Below the pieces are notes generated by a model that saw only the letters and a program-made list of their open reading frames with translations, ran no database searches and was not told the origin of the DNA. 35,973 nt of DNA from positions 1 through 35,973 of IMG/VR virus record IMGVR_UViG_3300014890_000016. One strand, given 5' to 3'. Positions 17,831 to 27,577 of this stretch are shown here, one piece after another; positions within the stretch are counted from its first letter, which is position 1, and every line of letters starts with the position of its first letter. A program made the translations under genes and the position numbers. This DNA is from a virus. Its lineage: Duplodnaviria > Heunggongvirae > Uroviricota > Caudoviricetes.

Positions 17831-18540
17831 CGCGCCCCGTGATTAATGAATCACAGCTCCGGCAGGTTCGTCGCGCCATCAGAGAGGCAGAGCTTCCGCC
17901 AGCAAAGGCCAGAAAGCTGTTGGTTCGTATTGCGAAATACGGCCTGATGCCGGCTGCACGGCGCAATGTGAAAGCACAGCGAACACCGGAGGGGGCAGCC
18001 TGGGCACCACGAAAAAGACCGGATAAAGCCCGCGGCAAGTATAAAAACAAAATGCTGCTGGGACTGCCAAAACTGCTGGCCATCAGGGTTGACAGCGACG
18101 GGAAAAGTGTCCGCCTTTTCTTCAAAAAGGGGGACTACAACACCGGATCTCATGGTGGGGCAGTAGCATGGGTGCAACAGCACGGTGCAACCATCAAAGG
18201 CCGCGCCACAAAACGCCGGGACAACGAAGCCATGCGCACCCGCCCCGCCACACGACGGCAGGCGGAGCGGCTTCTTTCTCTGGGCTTTCGGGCCCCCGTC
18301 GGCGCAGTCAGCAAAAAAACCGGACGCAGGGGGCGCAGAAAGCCCTCCCTGAAATGGATTATGGAAAACATGAGTATGGCGCAGGCCGGGCTGGTGATCA
18401 GCATTCTGAAAGGCGAGCAGAAAAAGCGTGTATGGGAAATAAAAATCCCCTCCCGCGCATTTCTGGGCGCCAGCGATGCTGAATTTGCCCGCATTCTGGA
18501 AGCGCAGTTGCGCAGCCTGCATTACGGCGGCACGAGATAA
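17827..18540 (+). CDS. S: Virion morphogenesis / tail completion protein, gpS-like
   Basis: 237 aa, basic, follows the R-like gene as in P2. Confidence 0.6.
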   Translation: MTRPVINESQLRQVRRAIREAELPPAKARKLLVRIAKYGLMPAARRNVKAQRTPEGAAWAPRKRPDKARGKYKNKMLLGLPKLLAIRVDSDGKSVRLFFKKGDYNTGSHGGAVAWVQQHGATIKGRATKRRDNEAMRTRPATRRQAERLLSLGFRAPVGAVSKKTGRRGRRKPSLKWIMENMSMAQAGLVISILKGEQKKRVWEIKIPSRAFLGASDAEFARILEAQLRSLHYGGTR

Positions 18541-18559
18541 CAAAATCAGGAGACAAATT

Positions 18560-19708
18560 ATGACCTGGCCATCTGTCACGATTGAACAGTACAACACATT
18601 CAGTAGCTCGCCGGACGGCGTGGAAAATACGCTGCTGTTTGTGGGCAATGCACAAAACAACAAAGGTAAGGTTCTGCCGGTCAATGCCAACAGTGATCTG
18701 GATGAATTGCTGGGAGCGAACGCCAGCCCGCTGAAGAATTTCCTTCAGTCCGCACTGACCAATGCCGGACAGAATGCCTTTTTCTATGTTGCCGTTCTGC
18801 CGGAAGCAGGCAGGGGCAAAGAAGCGACGCCAGCCTGCCAGGCATGGCGGAACACCGTACTGGCGGCTCAGGAAACTGTTTCAGTTGAAGGCGCGGTGAT
18901 CACCGAACCAGTCAGCACGAAGGATGACATCAACGCCATACAGGCATTACGTCAGACCATCATCAATAAATATCAGCGCCGCATCTGGTTCATCCTGACC
19001 ATCGCCGCCAACGACAACAGTAAAACCTGGGCGGAATACGTTGCCGAACTGACCACGCTACAGAAAGGCATTGCAGCTCCGCAGGTCATGCTGGTTCCGG
19101 AGATTTTTGGATTTGAACCGGGCGTTCTTGCCGGTCGTCTGTGTAACAGCGCCGTCACCATTGCTGACAGTCCGGCACGTGTGGCAACCGGGGCCCTGTC
19201 CGCACTGAAAACCACAGAACGCCCGAAAGACAGCGCAGGGCAGGCAATTGATCTCGCTACCCTGCAGGCACTGGCAGCCGCCCGCTACAGCGTGCCCATG
19301 TGGTATGCCGACTATGACGGCCTTTACTGGGCCGACGGCGTGACACTTGAGGTTGAAGGCGGGGACTACAACGTCATTGAGCATGTCCGCATTGCTGATA
19401 AGGTGGCGCGCCGCGTACGGCTGATGGCCATCCCCAAAATTGCCGATCGCTCACTGAACAGCACACCAGGCAGCATTGCCGCACATGAAACGCTGTTTGC
19501 CCGCCCGCTGCGTACCATGGCGAAATCCACGCAGATTAACGGTGTCACCTTTCCGGGTGAAGTGAAATCGCCACAAAAAAGCGATGTAACCATCACCTGG
19601 CAGGACGAAAAGACAGTCAGCATCAGCATTGTTGTCCGCCCTTACGCCTGCCCCAAAACCATCAAAGTGGGCATTCAGCTGGACAAATCTCTGGAGGAGA
19701 ACGCATGA
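18560..19708 (+). CDS. Putative tail sheath protein
   Basis: 382 aa with AGGAG Shine-Dalgarno; size and position before a tube-sized ORF in a tail with J/I baseplate genes. Assigned by context. Confidence 0.45.
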   Translation: MTWPSVTIEQYNTFSSSPDGVENTLLFVGNAQNNKGKVLPVNANSDLDELLGANASPLKNFLQSALTNAGQNAFFYVAVLPEAGRGKEATPACQAWRNTVLAAQETVSVEGAVITEPVSTKDDINAIQALRQTIINKYQRRIWFILTIAANDNSKTWAEYVAELTTLQKGIAAPQVMLVPEIFGFEPGVLAGRLCNSAVTIADSPARVATGALSALKTTERPKDSAGQAIDLATLQALAAARYSVPMWYADYDGLYWADGVTLEVEGGDYNVIEHVRIADKVARRVRLMAIPKIADRSLNSTPGSIAAHETLFARPLRTMAKSTQINGVTFPGEVKSPQKSDVTITWQDEKTVSISIVVRPYACPKTIKVGIQLDKSLEENA

Positions 19709-20160
19709 CAACCCGCATTAACGGCATGGCCTTTGATGTTTATGTTGGCGGAACGGATATCCGCGTAAAAAACATTTCGCTGGATATCAGCGACGAAAGC
19801 GCCGTGGCCAAAACCCGTGGCATCCCTGACGGCAAACTGCGCGGTCCCGTCAGTGCCGAAGGTGAAATCGAAATGAGCACCCGCAGTTTTAACCAGCTCG
19901 GGGAAGCGGCCGCTCAGGCGGGATCGTGGCGTGACCTGCCATCAATGGATTTTGTGTTCTACGCCAACACAGGCACCGAAGAAATCCGCGTTGAAGTCTT
20001 CGGGTGTGAGCTGATGCTTTCGAATCTGTTAAGCATTGACACCGAGAGCGCGGATCTGACCACGCACAAAATCAAGTACGTGGTGGCAAGCCCTGACTTT
20101 GTGCGTATCAACGGCGTGCCCGTTCTCTCGGAGAACGACGTGCGCGGGCTGATGGGGTAA
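19705..20160 (+). CDS. Putative tail tube protein
   Basis: 151 aa, ATGA-coupled to the sheath candidate. Assigned by context. Confidence 0.45.
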   Translation: MTTRINGMAFDVYVGGTDIRVKNISLDISDESAVAKTRGIPDGKLRGPVSAEGEIEMSTRSFNQLGEAAAQAGSWRDLPSMDFVFYANTGTEEIRVEVFGCELMLSNLLSIDTESADLTTHKIKYVVASPDFVRINGVPVLSENDVRGLMG

Positions 20161-20163
20161 ACC

Positions 20164-20460
20164 ATGCAGGAGCATGAACGCACCATCATCACCCTGAGCA
20201 TTCTGGGCGGAATCGCTGCCGCAAGTCGGGTGCTGGCTGGCGCAGAGCCGATTACATTGCGGCTGTTTGTGGGCCGAACCCTGCTGGGGAGCGCGCTGGG
20301 GGTTTCTGCCGCCGCCCTGCTGGTTCGTTACCCGAACCTTGACCCACTGGCCATTGCCGGCGCAGGTACCGCAATGGGCGTTGCCGGTTACCAGATTGTG
20401 GAGATCTTCCTGCGCCACATGCGCCGGAAGCTGGACGAAAAAGAGAACAAAGAGGAGTAA
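20164..20460 (+). CDS. Putative holin
   Basis: 98 aa with three hydrophobic segments and a charged C-terminus (RRKLDEKENKEE); upstream of an M15 peptidase. Confidence 0.5.
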   Translation: MQEHERTIITLSILGGIAAASRVLAGAEPITLRLFVGRTLLGSALGVSAAALLVRYPNLDPLAIAGAGTAMGVAGYQIVEIFLRHMRRKLDEKENKEE

Positions 20461-20465
20461 CCGCA

Positions 20466-20573
20466 ATGCAGTCCCGCAGGGATCAGAAAGCCGCTGTCAT
20501 TGTCTGGAAAATTATCCGGGCGTTGTGGCGCTGGTTGCGTAAACCTCAACAACCCCATAAGGAGCAAAAATGA
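20466..20573 (+). CDS. Small cationic amphipathic peptide (35 aa)
   Basis: MQSRRDQKAAVIVWKIIRALWRWLRKPQQPHKEQK; GAGGAG Shine-Dalgarno 8 nt upstream; stop overlaps the endolysin ATG. Confidence 0.35.
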   Translation: MQSRRDQKAAVIVWKIIRALWRWLRKPQQPHKEQK

Positions 20574-20911
20574 AACTCTCCGATAAGCAACAACAATTTA
20601 CCGTCATGATCGGAAAGCTCATCCAGTTTGCCCATCAGCGCGGTTATGGCCTGACGTTCGGTGAGGCGTACCGCACGCCAGAGCAGGCAAAACTCAACGC
20701 ACAAAAGGGATCAGGCATCACCAACAGTCTGCACTGCCAGCGACTGGCGGTGGATTTTAATCTGTTTATTAACGGTGAATACCAGACCCGCACAGAGGCT
20801 TACCGCGAACTGGGCGAGTACTGGGAATCCCTCGGCGGCGCATGGGGCGGTCGTTTTAAAAAACGCCCGGATGGCAATCATTTCAGCCTTGAGCACGACG
20901 GTGTGCGCTGA
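20570..20911 (+). CDS. Endolysin, peptidase M15-type
   Basis: 113 aa; His...Asp...His zinc-site pattern (SLHCQRLAVDF ... DGNHFSLEH) as in T5-type M15 lysins. Confidence 0.7.
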   Translation: MKLSDKQQQFTVMIGKLIQFAHQRGYGLTFGEAYRTPEQAKLNAQKGSGITNSLHCQRLAVDFNLFINGEYQTRTEAYRELGEYWESLGGAWGGRFKKRPDGNHFSLEHDGVR

Positions 20912-20975
20912 TTTTACGCTTAATAAGCCTTCCTGCAGGCTTATTAAGCCCTCTTATTCTTGACATTAACAGGAC

Positions 20976-21269
20976 ATGATGATGAACGATAAAAACACCC
21001 AAATCACCGCAGAGAACGCCATCACTTTACAGGTCGGCGAGCATGAACTGACGTTTATTCCGACGGTGAAAGACTACAACGACCTGCAGAACGACTTCAT
21101 GCCGGACAATAAAATTGCACCACTGAAAAACTACCTGCGCCGCATCGTGATTAAAGAGCACCGCGATCTGCTGAACCAGTTGCTGGAAAAACCGGGAATG
21201 CCGGCCAGTCTGGCAACTGCCGTGAATAACGAGTTCGTGCCGGAAGTGGAAATCACCGTAAAAAAATAA
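20976..21269 (+). CDS. E: Tail assembly chaperone, gpE-like
   Basis: 97-aa ORF immediately upstream of the tape measure gene; ends in an A-rich slippery tract. Confidence 0.55.
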   Translation: MMMNDKNTQITAENAITLQVGEHELTFIPTVKDYNDLQNDFMPDNKIAPLKNYLRRIVIKEHRDLLNQLLEKPGMPASLATAVNNEFVPEVEITVKK

Positions 21270-21457
21270 AAAGCCATCTGGGAGCCATTGATCGCAATGA
21301 CCTTACCAGGATGCTGATCCTGCGCCGCCACTGGCTGCCCGGTGAAGATGATTCACCACAGTCACTGGCTGCTGCCGTCTGGCTGGATAACCACTACTGG
21401 GAAAATATGGGTATCGCCGTCAATAACGGCATTATCCGCGCCTTTAAGGGAACGTAA
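20976..21457 (+). CDS. Predicted E+E' -1 frameshift fusion product
   Basis: Slipping -1 in GTAAAAAAATAA gives a reading frame open to a stop that overlaps the tape measure ATG. Hand-translated. Confidence 0.4.
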
Positions 21458-23553
21458 TGTCACAACAGCGCCTTGAATTACTTCTTGAACTGACAGACCG
21501 CCTGACAAGGCCGTTGCGCGCAGCCGGGCGACAGGTTCAGGGATTTGCTGCAACAAGTCGGGGGGCTTTTCGGGACATTGCTACCGGAGGCGCTGCACTC
21601 TGGGGAGTGGGTGCAGCCATTCAGGGTGCACTGATGCCAGCCATTGAAATGGACAGAGCGCTCGGTGAGGTGAAATCACTGGGCGTCGCAGAGTCCGGAT
21701 TGCGTAAACTCAGCCGCGCCGCTGTTGATTTCACTATGGAATACGGCGGAGCTGCGCAGGATTTTGTGCGTGCTTCTTACGACATCCAGTCAGCCATTGC
21801 CGGATTAACTGACGATGAGCTGTCACGCTTCACCACTGCATCAGCAACAGTGGCAGCAGCAACCAAATCCAGCAGCCAGACCATTACCGCCTACATGGGC
21901 ACCATGTACGGCATCTTTAAAGACCAGGCTGATGCCATAGGAAAAAGTAAATGGGTGGAGCAGATCGCCGGACAAACCGCCACTGCCGTGCAAATGTTTA
22001 AAACAACCGGCGATAACATGTCAGCGGCATTCACCACACTGGGTGCCAGTGCAAAAGCAGCCGGTATTGATGCGGCCGAGCAGTTCGCCGTACTGGGGCA
22101 ACTGCAGGCAACCATGAGTGGCAGCGAGGCTGGTACAAAATATAAATCCTTCCTGGCATCCGTTGGTAAAGCACAGAAAAAGCTGGGGCTTAATTTCGTG
22201 AATAAAGACGGCACGATGAAAAGTGTTGTCGAGATCATGAAACTTATCAGGGGCAAATTTGGTGATCTGTCAAAAGTGGCTGACTCTGATTTGCTGAAAA
22301 GCGCCTTTGGCTCCGATGAGGCTGTGGCCATGATTAAATTGCTCAATGCAGACATTGGCGGACTGGAAAAGAACATCGCCACGCTGGGCAATATCAAAGG
22401 TATGGATAAGGCTGTCGAAATGGCACAAGCCATGGCCGATCCGTGGGAACAGGCCGCTGCGATTATTAACGGCATTCGCATTGAAATTGGCACACAACTG
22501 TTACCCGTTCTGTATCCATTCATCCAGAAAAGCAACGAAGGCGGTAAATCCTTTGTTGCCTGGTTGCGTCTGTATCCAAACATCACACGTGCAATCGGCT
22601 TATTAAGCGCGGCACTTATTGGTGTTGCGGCGGTTGGCGCAACGGTCAATATCGTAATGGGGGTGGCGAAATTTATCTGGGTGGGATTACGCATGGTCTG
22701 GATGGCCGCAATCGCACCACTGAAATTAATCATCTTTCTGTATCGTGCCCTGAAAGTGGTTATGCTGGCGTTCTGTGCTACTGCCCGCATGGTCAGGGCA
22801 TTATATCTGGCGATGAGTATCGCCATGGGGGCGCACAATGTCAGGGCCAAAATTCAGATTGCACTGCTGAAACTGCAACGCATCGGTATGTGGCTTTATT
22901 CTGCCGCACTGGGCGCTGCAGCTGTGGCCATGAATATTTACACCGCTGTTACCGGTGGCGCAGCCGTTGCCACTCAGCTACTTTTCAGCCCGATAACGTT
23001 AATCATCCTGGCACTGGCTGCGCTGGGCGTGGGCATTTATTTTCTGATTACCCGCTGGGATGAGATCAAAGCGGCACTGATGGATACAGCCGCTTTTCAG
23101 TGGGTAACCAGTGTCATAAAAAATATAGCTGTATGGTTCGGCAATACCTGGAAAGGCATTAAAAGCGGCTGGGATGCCGTTATTAATTATTTTTCCACCC
23201 GCTCACCGCTGGAAATATTTCAGGATTATGTCCGTCTGATTAATAAATTATTTTCAGGACTATGGCGCACAATTATCGGTATGTTCAGCTCAGCATTCAG
23301 ATGGATCGCTGACAAGCTGAATATGCTCCCGGGTATAAATATTGATGTACCAGAAATTACAGATAACAGTGAGGGTTCTGTATTAACCGGTGGAAAAGTC
23401 ATTAGCGCCGGGCCAGGTGGCATTGCGGCAAAAATGCAAAATAACAGCGACAGCCAGACCACAATTGATAACTCCCGTCGCGTGGTCAATGTCAATGTGC
23501 AGGATGCATCCCCGGCCCACCTTAATGAATGGATGGAGCTGCATGCATACTGA
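21457..23553 (+). CDS. T: Tail tape measure protein
   Basis: 698 aa; Ala/Gly-rich coiled-coil N-terminal half and hydrophobic segments in the C-terminal half; follows the chaperone pair. Confidence 0.8.
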   Translation: MSQQRLELLLELTDRLTRPLRAAGRQVQGFAATSRGAFRDIATGGAALWGVGAAIQGALMPAIEMDRALGEVKSLGVAESGLRKLSRAAVDFTMEYGGAAQDFVRASYDIQSAIAGLTDDELSRFTTASATVAAATKSSSQTITAYMGTMYGIFKDQADAIGKSKWVEQIAGQTATAVQMFKTTGDNMSAAFTTLGASAKAAGIDAAEQFAVLGQLQATMSGSEAGTKYKSFLASVGKAQKKLGLNFVNKDGTMKSVVEIMKLIRGKFGDLSKVADSDLLKSAFGSDEAVAMIKLLNADIGGLEKNIATLGNIKGMDKAVEMAQAMADPWEQAAAIINGIRIEIGTQLLPVLYPFIQKSNEGGKSFVAWLRLYPNITRAIGLLSAALIGVAAVGATVNIVMGVAKFIWVGLRMVWMAAIAPLKLIIFLYRALKVVMLAFCATARMVRALYLAMSIAMGAHNVRAKIQIALLKLQRIGMWLYSAALGAAAVAMNIYTAVTGGAAVATQLLFSPITLIILALAALGVGIYFLITRWDEIKAALMDTAAFQWVTSVIKNIAVWFGNTWKGIKSGWDAVINYFSTRSPLEIFQDYVRLINKLFSGLWRTIIGMFSSAFRWIADKLNMLPGINIDVPEITDNSEGSVLTGGKVISAGPGGIAAKMQNNSDSQTTIDNSRRVVNVNVQDASPAHLNEWMELHAY

Positions 23554-23893
23554 TAAACCGCTTTACATTGATTTGCTTATCACCGGTCGCAATTTCACGC
23601 TGAACAGCGCCGCCGAACCGGTGCTGTGCAACAACAGGGAAAGCATTGCCCAGGACTGCCAGCATGCCATCATTGAAAGCGGACTGGCAACGCGCCTGCT
23701 GGCTGAAAAAAGCCCGACGCTTCGCGCCGACATTATGATGCAGATGACACTGCTGATTGAAGATGATGAGCGCATCACACCCGGCACGGTCAGTGTGACA
23801 GAGGAAACCCCGCTTTCTGGCCGCCTGCTGATTAGCGCCCACACCGAAGATTTTTTTGATCCCCTGACTTTTACGGTATCTCTTGATGATTAA
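23543..23893 (+). CDS. Putative baseplate protein, gpW / Mu gp46 position
   Basis: 116 aa, overlaps the tape measure stop and precedes the J-like gene. Assigned by size and position. Confidence 0.4.
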   Translation: MHTDKPLYIDLLITGRNFTLNSAAEPVLCNNRESIAQDCQHAIIESGLATRLLAEKSPTLRADIMMQMTLLIEDDERITPGTVSVTEETPLSGRLLISAHTEDFFDPLTFTVSLDD

Positions 23894-25070
23894 CGGCAAA
23901 CCAACCGCAGATTACGAGCGCATTCTGGCTGATAACGGCATGCCGGTAACCGAAGAACAGGCGCGTGCTGAATTTGAGGCCATCGTTAAAGACGAAGGGC
24001 TTATCACTAACACATCCCGCATGTCGCCGTTCTGGCGGTTGATTACAGCCATCACCACAAAGCCCGTGATGTGGCTGAAAGATGCGCTGGTTAATGTGGT
24101 AATGAAAAACCTGTTTCTGGCAAGTGCCAGCGGTGTATTTGTGGATGTTTTTGCATGGGCGGTAAACCTGCAGCGCAAGGCTGCCACGCACGCAGCTGGC
24201 GTGATTCGTTTCACAAAAGACGACATTGATCACGCGGTCACCGTACCGGCTGGTACGCAGATTCAGACAGAACGCATTAACGGCGTGATTTATACGCTGA
24301 CCGTTGTCAGGGATACCATTATTCCGGCAGGAATACTCAGCATGAACATCGATGTTTCTGCTGAACAGGCCGGAGCCGGGTTTAACCTCGCGCCGGGGTA
24401 TTACCGCATTCTTCCGGTGGCGATTAATGGTATCGCCGGCGTTGAGAACGACGAAAACTGGCTGACCACGCCGGGGGCCAACGAAGAAAGCGACGACGAA
24501 CTGCGTGATCGCGTTCGCAATCAGTTTAATCTTGCCGGTGCTTATCACACCGACGCTGTTTACCGGGGATTAATTGCCGGTGTTGCCGGCATCAGTGCCG
24601 ACCGCATCTATTTTTTGCATGACGCACCACGCGGCCCCGGCACAGCAAACGCTTACATTCTGCTGGATACCGGCATCGCATCCGGACCGTTCGTTGATGC
24701 AGTAAACGCATTTATTAACGATGAAGGTCATCACGGACACGGCGATGATTTGCGCTGTTTTTCCATGCCTGAAACGCGCCATGCCCTGACCGTGACACTC
24801 TGGCTGTATGCAACACTGAACCTCAACGCTGAAGAGATACAGGCTTTATTACGCAACGTAGAGAATCTGGTCCGCTGTGCGTTTCGCGAAAACAGCGATT
24901 ATGACGTTCAGAAAACATGGCCGTACAGCCGTTTCAGCATGTCCCGACTGGGCGAAGAGATCCACCAGGTATTTCCACAGGTGGAATCGGTCACGTTTTC
25001 CCTTCCGGATATTCTCAGCGACCTGGCTGTACCTCGCCTGGAATCCCTTATCGTGGAGGTGGGATCATGA
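23886..25070 (+). CDS. J: Baseplate J-like protein
   Basis: 394 aa; position before the I-like gene and the tail fibre. Confidence 0.6.
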   Translation: MINGKPTADYERILADNGMPVTEEQARAEFEAIVKDEGLITNTSRMSPFWRLITAITTKPVMWLKDALVNVVMKNLFLASASGVFVDVFAWAVNLQRKAATHAAGVIRFTKDDIDHAVTVPAGTQIQTERINGVIYTLTVVRDTIIPAGILSMNIDVSAEQAGAGFNLAPGYYRILPVAINGIAGVENDENWLTTPGANEESDDELRDRVRNQFNLAGAYHTDAVYRGLIAGVAGISADRIYFLHDAPRGPGTANAYILLDTGIASGPFVDAVNAFINDEGHHGHGDDLRCFSMPETRHALTVTLWLYATLNLNAEEIQALLRNVENLVRCAFRENSDYDVQKTWPYSRFSMSRLGEEIHQVFPQVESVTFSLPDILSDLAVPRLESLIVEVGS

Positions 25071-25702
25071 ATATTCCGGAGATGCCCGAATTCCCTCTCC
25101 CAACCTGGATGAACAAAGGAGAGCCATTAACACTGGCACATTCTTCACGTCGTTACTGGGAGAAGGTCTACAGTTGGCTGACATGGCCACTACAGCAAAT
25201 TGATGTTGATACCTGCGCAGAGCCCCTGCTTAATCTGCTGGCCTATCAGCGCAACATCACCCGCTTCAGTGGGGAGCCAGTTTCATTATTTCGCCTAAGG
25301 GTAAAACACGCGTTTATCAACGCTCAGGACTCGGGCGAACGCGCAGGCTTCGAACGCATCTTTAAGCGTCTTGGCGTGGGAGAGGTAAAAACTCTGGAAC
25401 GACAGCTGCAGCATGACTGGGACGTTATCTTACTGCGTATCAATGACACCCAGTTAAGCGAAAGCAATGCCCTGATGATGCAGCTCGTGCGCCAGTATGG
25501 CCGTACATGTAGACGTTATTTCTTTCAGGTGATTAATACAACCACCGCTCACCTGACAGCCGGCACATTTAGCGGTGATTACCGGTATTACGTGGCAAAA
25601 GCGACGATACGTCCAGGCACAATCAGATTAAACGCATCATTACAGGCAGGGCATTACGGATTATCCGTGGAGCATTACACATTACAGGCAGGTAACGCAT
25701 GA
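25067..25702 (+). CDS. I: Tail protein I-like
   Basis: 211 aa; ATGA-coupled to J and immediately upstream of the tail fibre gene as in P2. Confidence 0.5.
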   Translation: MNIPEMPEFPLPTWMNKGEPLTLAHSSRRYWEKVYSWLTWPLQQIDVDTCAEPLLNLLAYQRNITRFSGEPVSLFRLRVKHAFINAQDSGERAGFERIFKRLGVGEVKTLERQLQHDWDVILLRINDTQLSESNALMMQLVRQYGRTCRRYFFQVINTTTAHLTAGTFSGDYRYYVAKATIRPGTIRLNASLQAGHYGLSVEHYTLQAGNA

Positions 25703-27564
25703 GCACAATCATTACTGAACAATATGAAAACTGGTGCGCAGATCAGATTATCAGCGATAAACCCGCACGCCCGGACATGTTTGTTTTTGCGTATATCCCG
25801 GGACAGGATGAGTCTGCCGAAATTCCCCGTGACGAGGCTTTGCCCGATGAATCCATGATTCAGTACCGCGCGCCGGTCACTCAGTATGGACTACTGTCCC
25901 CGAATGCTGCCGCATTTTCCATTATTCTGGACACCACTATCGGTGACTTCGAATATAACTGGATTGGCCTCATGAACGAAGAAAGCGGCGTGCTCTGCAT
26001 GATTGCACACACACCGCGCCAGCAAAAAATTAAAACAGCAAACGGCGTGCAGGGAAATAACCTTATTCGCACCTTTGCCATGGAGTTTGACGGTGCGGCT
26101 GCGGCAATGCATATCGATGTCAGTGCTGATGTCTGGCAGATTGATTTTACTGCCCGACTCGCGGGAATGGATGAATCACGTCGCCTGTTGGCATTTGATC
26201 ACTACGGAGAAGCCGCTTTTCTGGGGGGCGGTTTTCAGGTCAGTTATCAGGACGGTACCGCCACTGTTGCCGCCGGCGTGGGTTATGTGGGGGGGCTGCG
26301 CGTCAGTCTGCGCGAACCTTACAGCCTGCCGGCTGCGGTCGGGGATACTCTCTGGATTGATGCAAGCTGGCAGGGATTTGTTACCGGCGAATGGAATACC
26401 GTTTTTACGTTCTGCGCCCGCAGGGAACATGCGTCCTATACAGACGGTAACGGCTTCCGACACTTTGTCGCGCCACTTGCAAAAATGACAGCAGACGGCC
26501 CACAGGACCTGCGCCCGGAGACACCCGACGAGGAACAAAGCAATGCACTGGCAGAGCACGAAAAATCCCGCAGACACCCGGATGCCACGCTGAACGAGAA
26601 AGGCTTTGCGCAGTACAGCAACGACACCGACAGCGACGCAGAGGACCGCGCCGCCACATCAAAGGCAGTAAAAGCCGTAATGGATAAGGCAAAAGGCGCT
26701 GTTGAGCGTGCCGGTGATACCATGACCGGCGAGCTGAAAATCCGTGGTGTTAATGCGCTGCGAATTTTCAACAAAGCCTTTGGTCTGATTTTTCGCCGTT
26801 CGGAAGAGTGCCTGCACCTTATCCCTACCAGTGAAGGTCAGGGCGAGAATGGCGATATTGGCCCCCTGCGTCCGTTCACCATTAATCTGCGGACGGGTGA
26901 AATATCCATGTCGCATAAAGTGTCTGTTGGCGGTGGCTCTCAGGTGAATGGTGCGCTGGGTATCGGTGTTCAGAACGCACTGGGCGGTAACTCAATTGCT
27001 CTCGGGGATAGCGATACAGGTATAAAACAAAACGGCGACGGCATTCTGGATGTTTATGCGAATGGACAGCATGTATTTCGTTTCCAGAATGGTGTGGCGA
27101 TAGCGTTAAAAAATATTCAGGCCGGAAATGCTAAAAAATTCACGTTATCCAGCGCCAACAACTCAACGAAAAACGCAACGTTTAATTTATGGGGCAATTC
27201 GTCCCGTCCTGTGGTTGCAGAGCTTGGTGATGATTCCGGCTGGCATTTTTACAGCCAGAGAAATACGGATAACAGCATAACGTTTGCTGTAAACGGTCAG
27301 ATGGTTCCATCAGACTACAGAAATTTTGATGCCCGCTACCAGACAAAGACAGGTGGCGTGCAGAATTTTCAGTACACCAGTGAGGTGTTTTATAACCCTG
27401 GTGGGAATGAGCGCAGCTGGACGTTTCGGGCACCTTCTGGTTGTGTTTTATCAGGCATTAATGTTCAGGACACTGGCAGTAACTCTGCAGATAATATCGG
27501 TGGCGTGTATTACAAGCAGGCTCAGATTTATATTAATGGTGCATGGCGATCCGTATCAGGTTAA
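25699..27564 (+). CDS. H: Tail fibre protein, P2 gpH-like C-terminal part
   Basis: 621 aa; AEHEKSRRHPDATLNEKGFAQYS and NALGGNSIALGDSDTGIKQNGDGILDVYANGQHVFRFQNGVAIALKNIQAG...WHFYSQRNTDNS match P2 gpH closely. Confidence 0.85.
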   Translation: MSTIITEQYENWCADQIISDKPARPDMFVFAYIPGQDESAEIPRDEALPDESMIQYRAPVTQYGLLSPNAAAFSIILDTTIGDFEYNWIGLMNEESGVLCMIAHTPRQQKIKTANGVQGNNLIRTFAMEFDGAAAAMHIDVSADVWQIDFTARLAGMDESRRLLAFDHYGEAAFLGGGFQVSYQDGTATVAAGVGYVGGLRVSLREPYSLPAAVGDTLWIDASWQGFVTGEWNTVFTFCARREHASYTDGNGFRHFVAPLAKMTADGPQDLRPETPDEEQSNALAEHEKSRRHPDATLNEKGFAQYSNDTDSDAEDRAATSKAVKAVMDKAKGAVERAGDTMTGELKIRGVNALRIFNKAFGLIFRRSEECLHLIPTSEGQGENGDIGPLRPFTINLRTGEISMSHKVSVGGGSQVNGALGIGVQNALGGNSIALGDSDTGIKQNGDGILDVYANGQHVFRFQNGVAIALKNIQAGNAKKFTLSSANNSTKNATFNLWGNSSRPVVAELGDDSGWHFYSQRNTDNSITFAVNGQMVPSDYRNFDARYQTKTGGVQNFQYTSEVFYNPGGNERSWTFRAPSGCVLSGINVQDTGSNSADNIGGVYYKQAQIYINGAWRSVSG

Positions 27565-27577
27565 TTAAGGAGAAATA

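Noticed and set aside
17851-18690. 279-aa minus-strand ORF
   Set aside because: Antisense to the gpS-like gene and sheath candidate in a tightly packed rightward operon.
20912-20975. TTGACA hexamer and 11-bp inverted repeat upstream of the gpE-like gene
   Set aside because: The hexamer is only 14 nt from the start codon, too close for a promoter; the hairpin lacks a clear T-run.
21891-22850. 319-aa minus-strand ORF
   Set aside because: Antisense to the tape measure gene; Ala/Ser-rich composition typical of a reverse-frame artefact.
23871-24548. 225-aa minus-strand ORF
   Set aside because: Antisense to the baseplate J-like gene.
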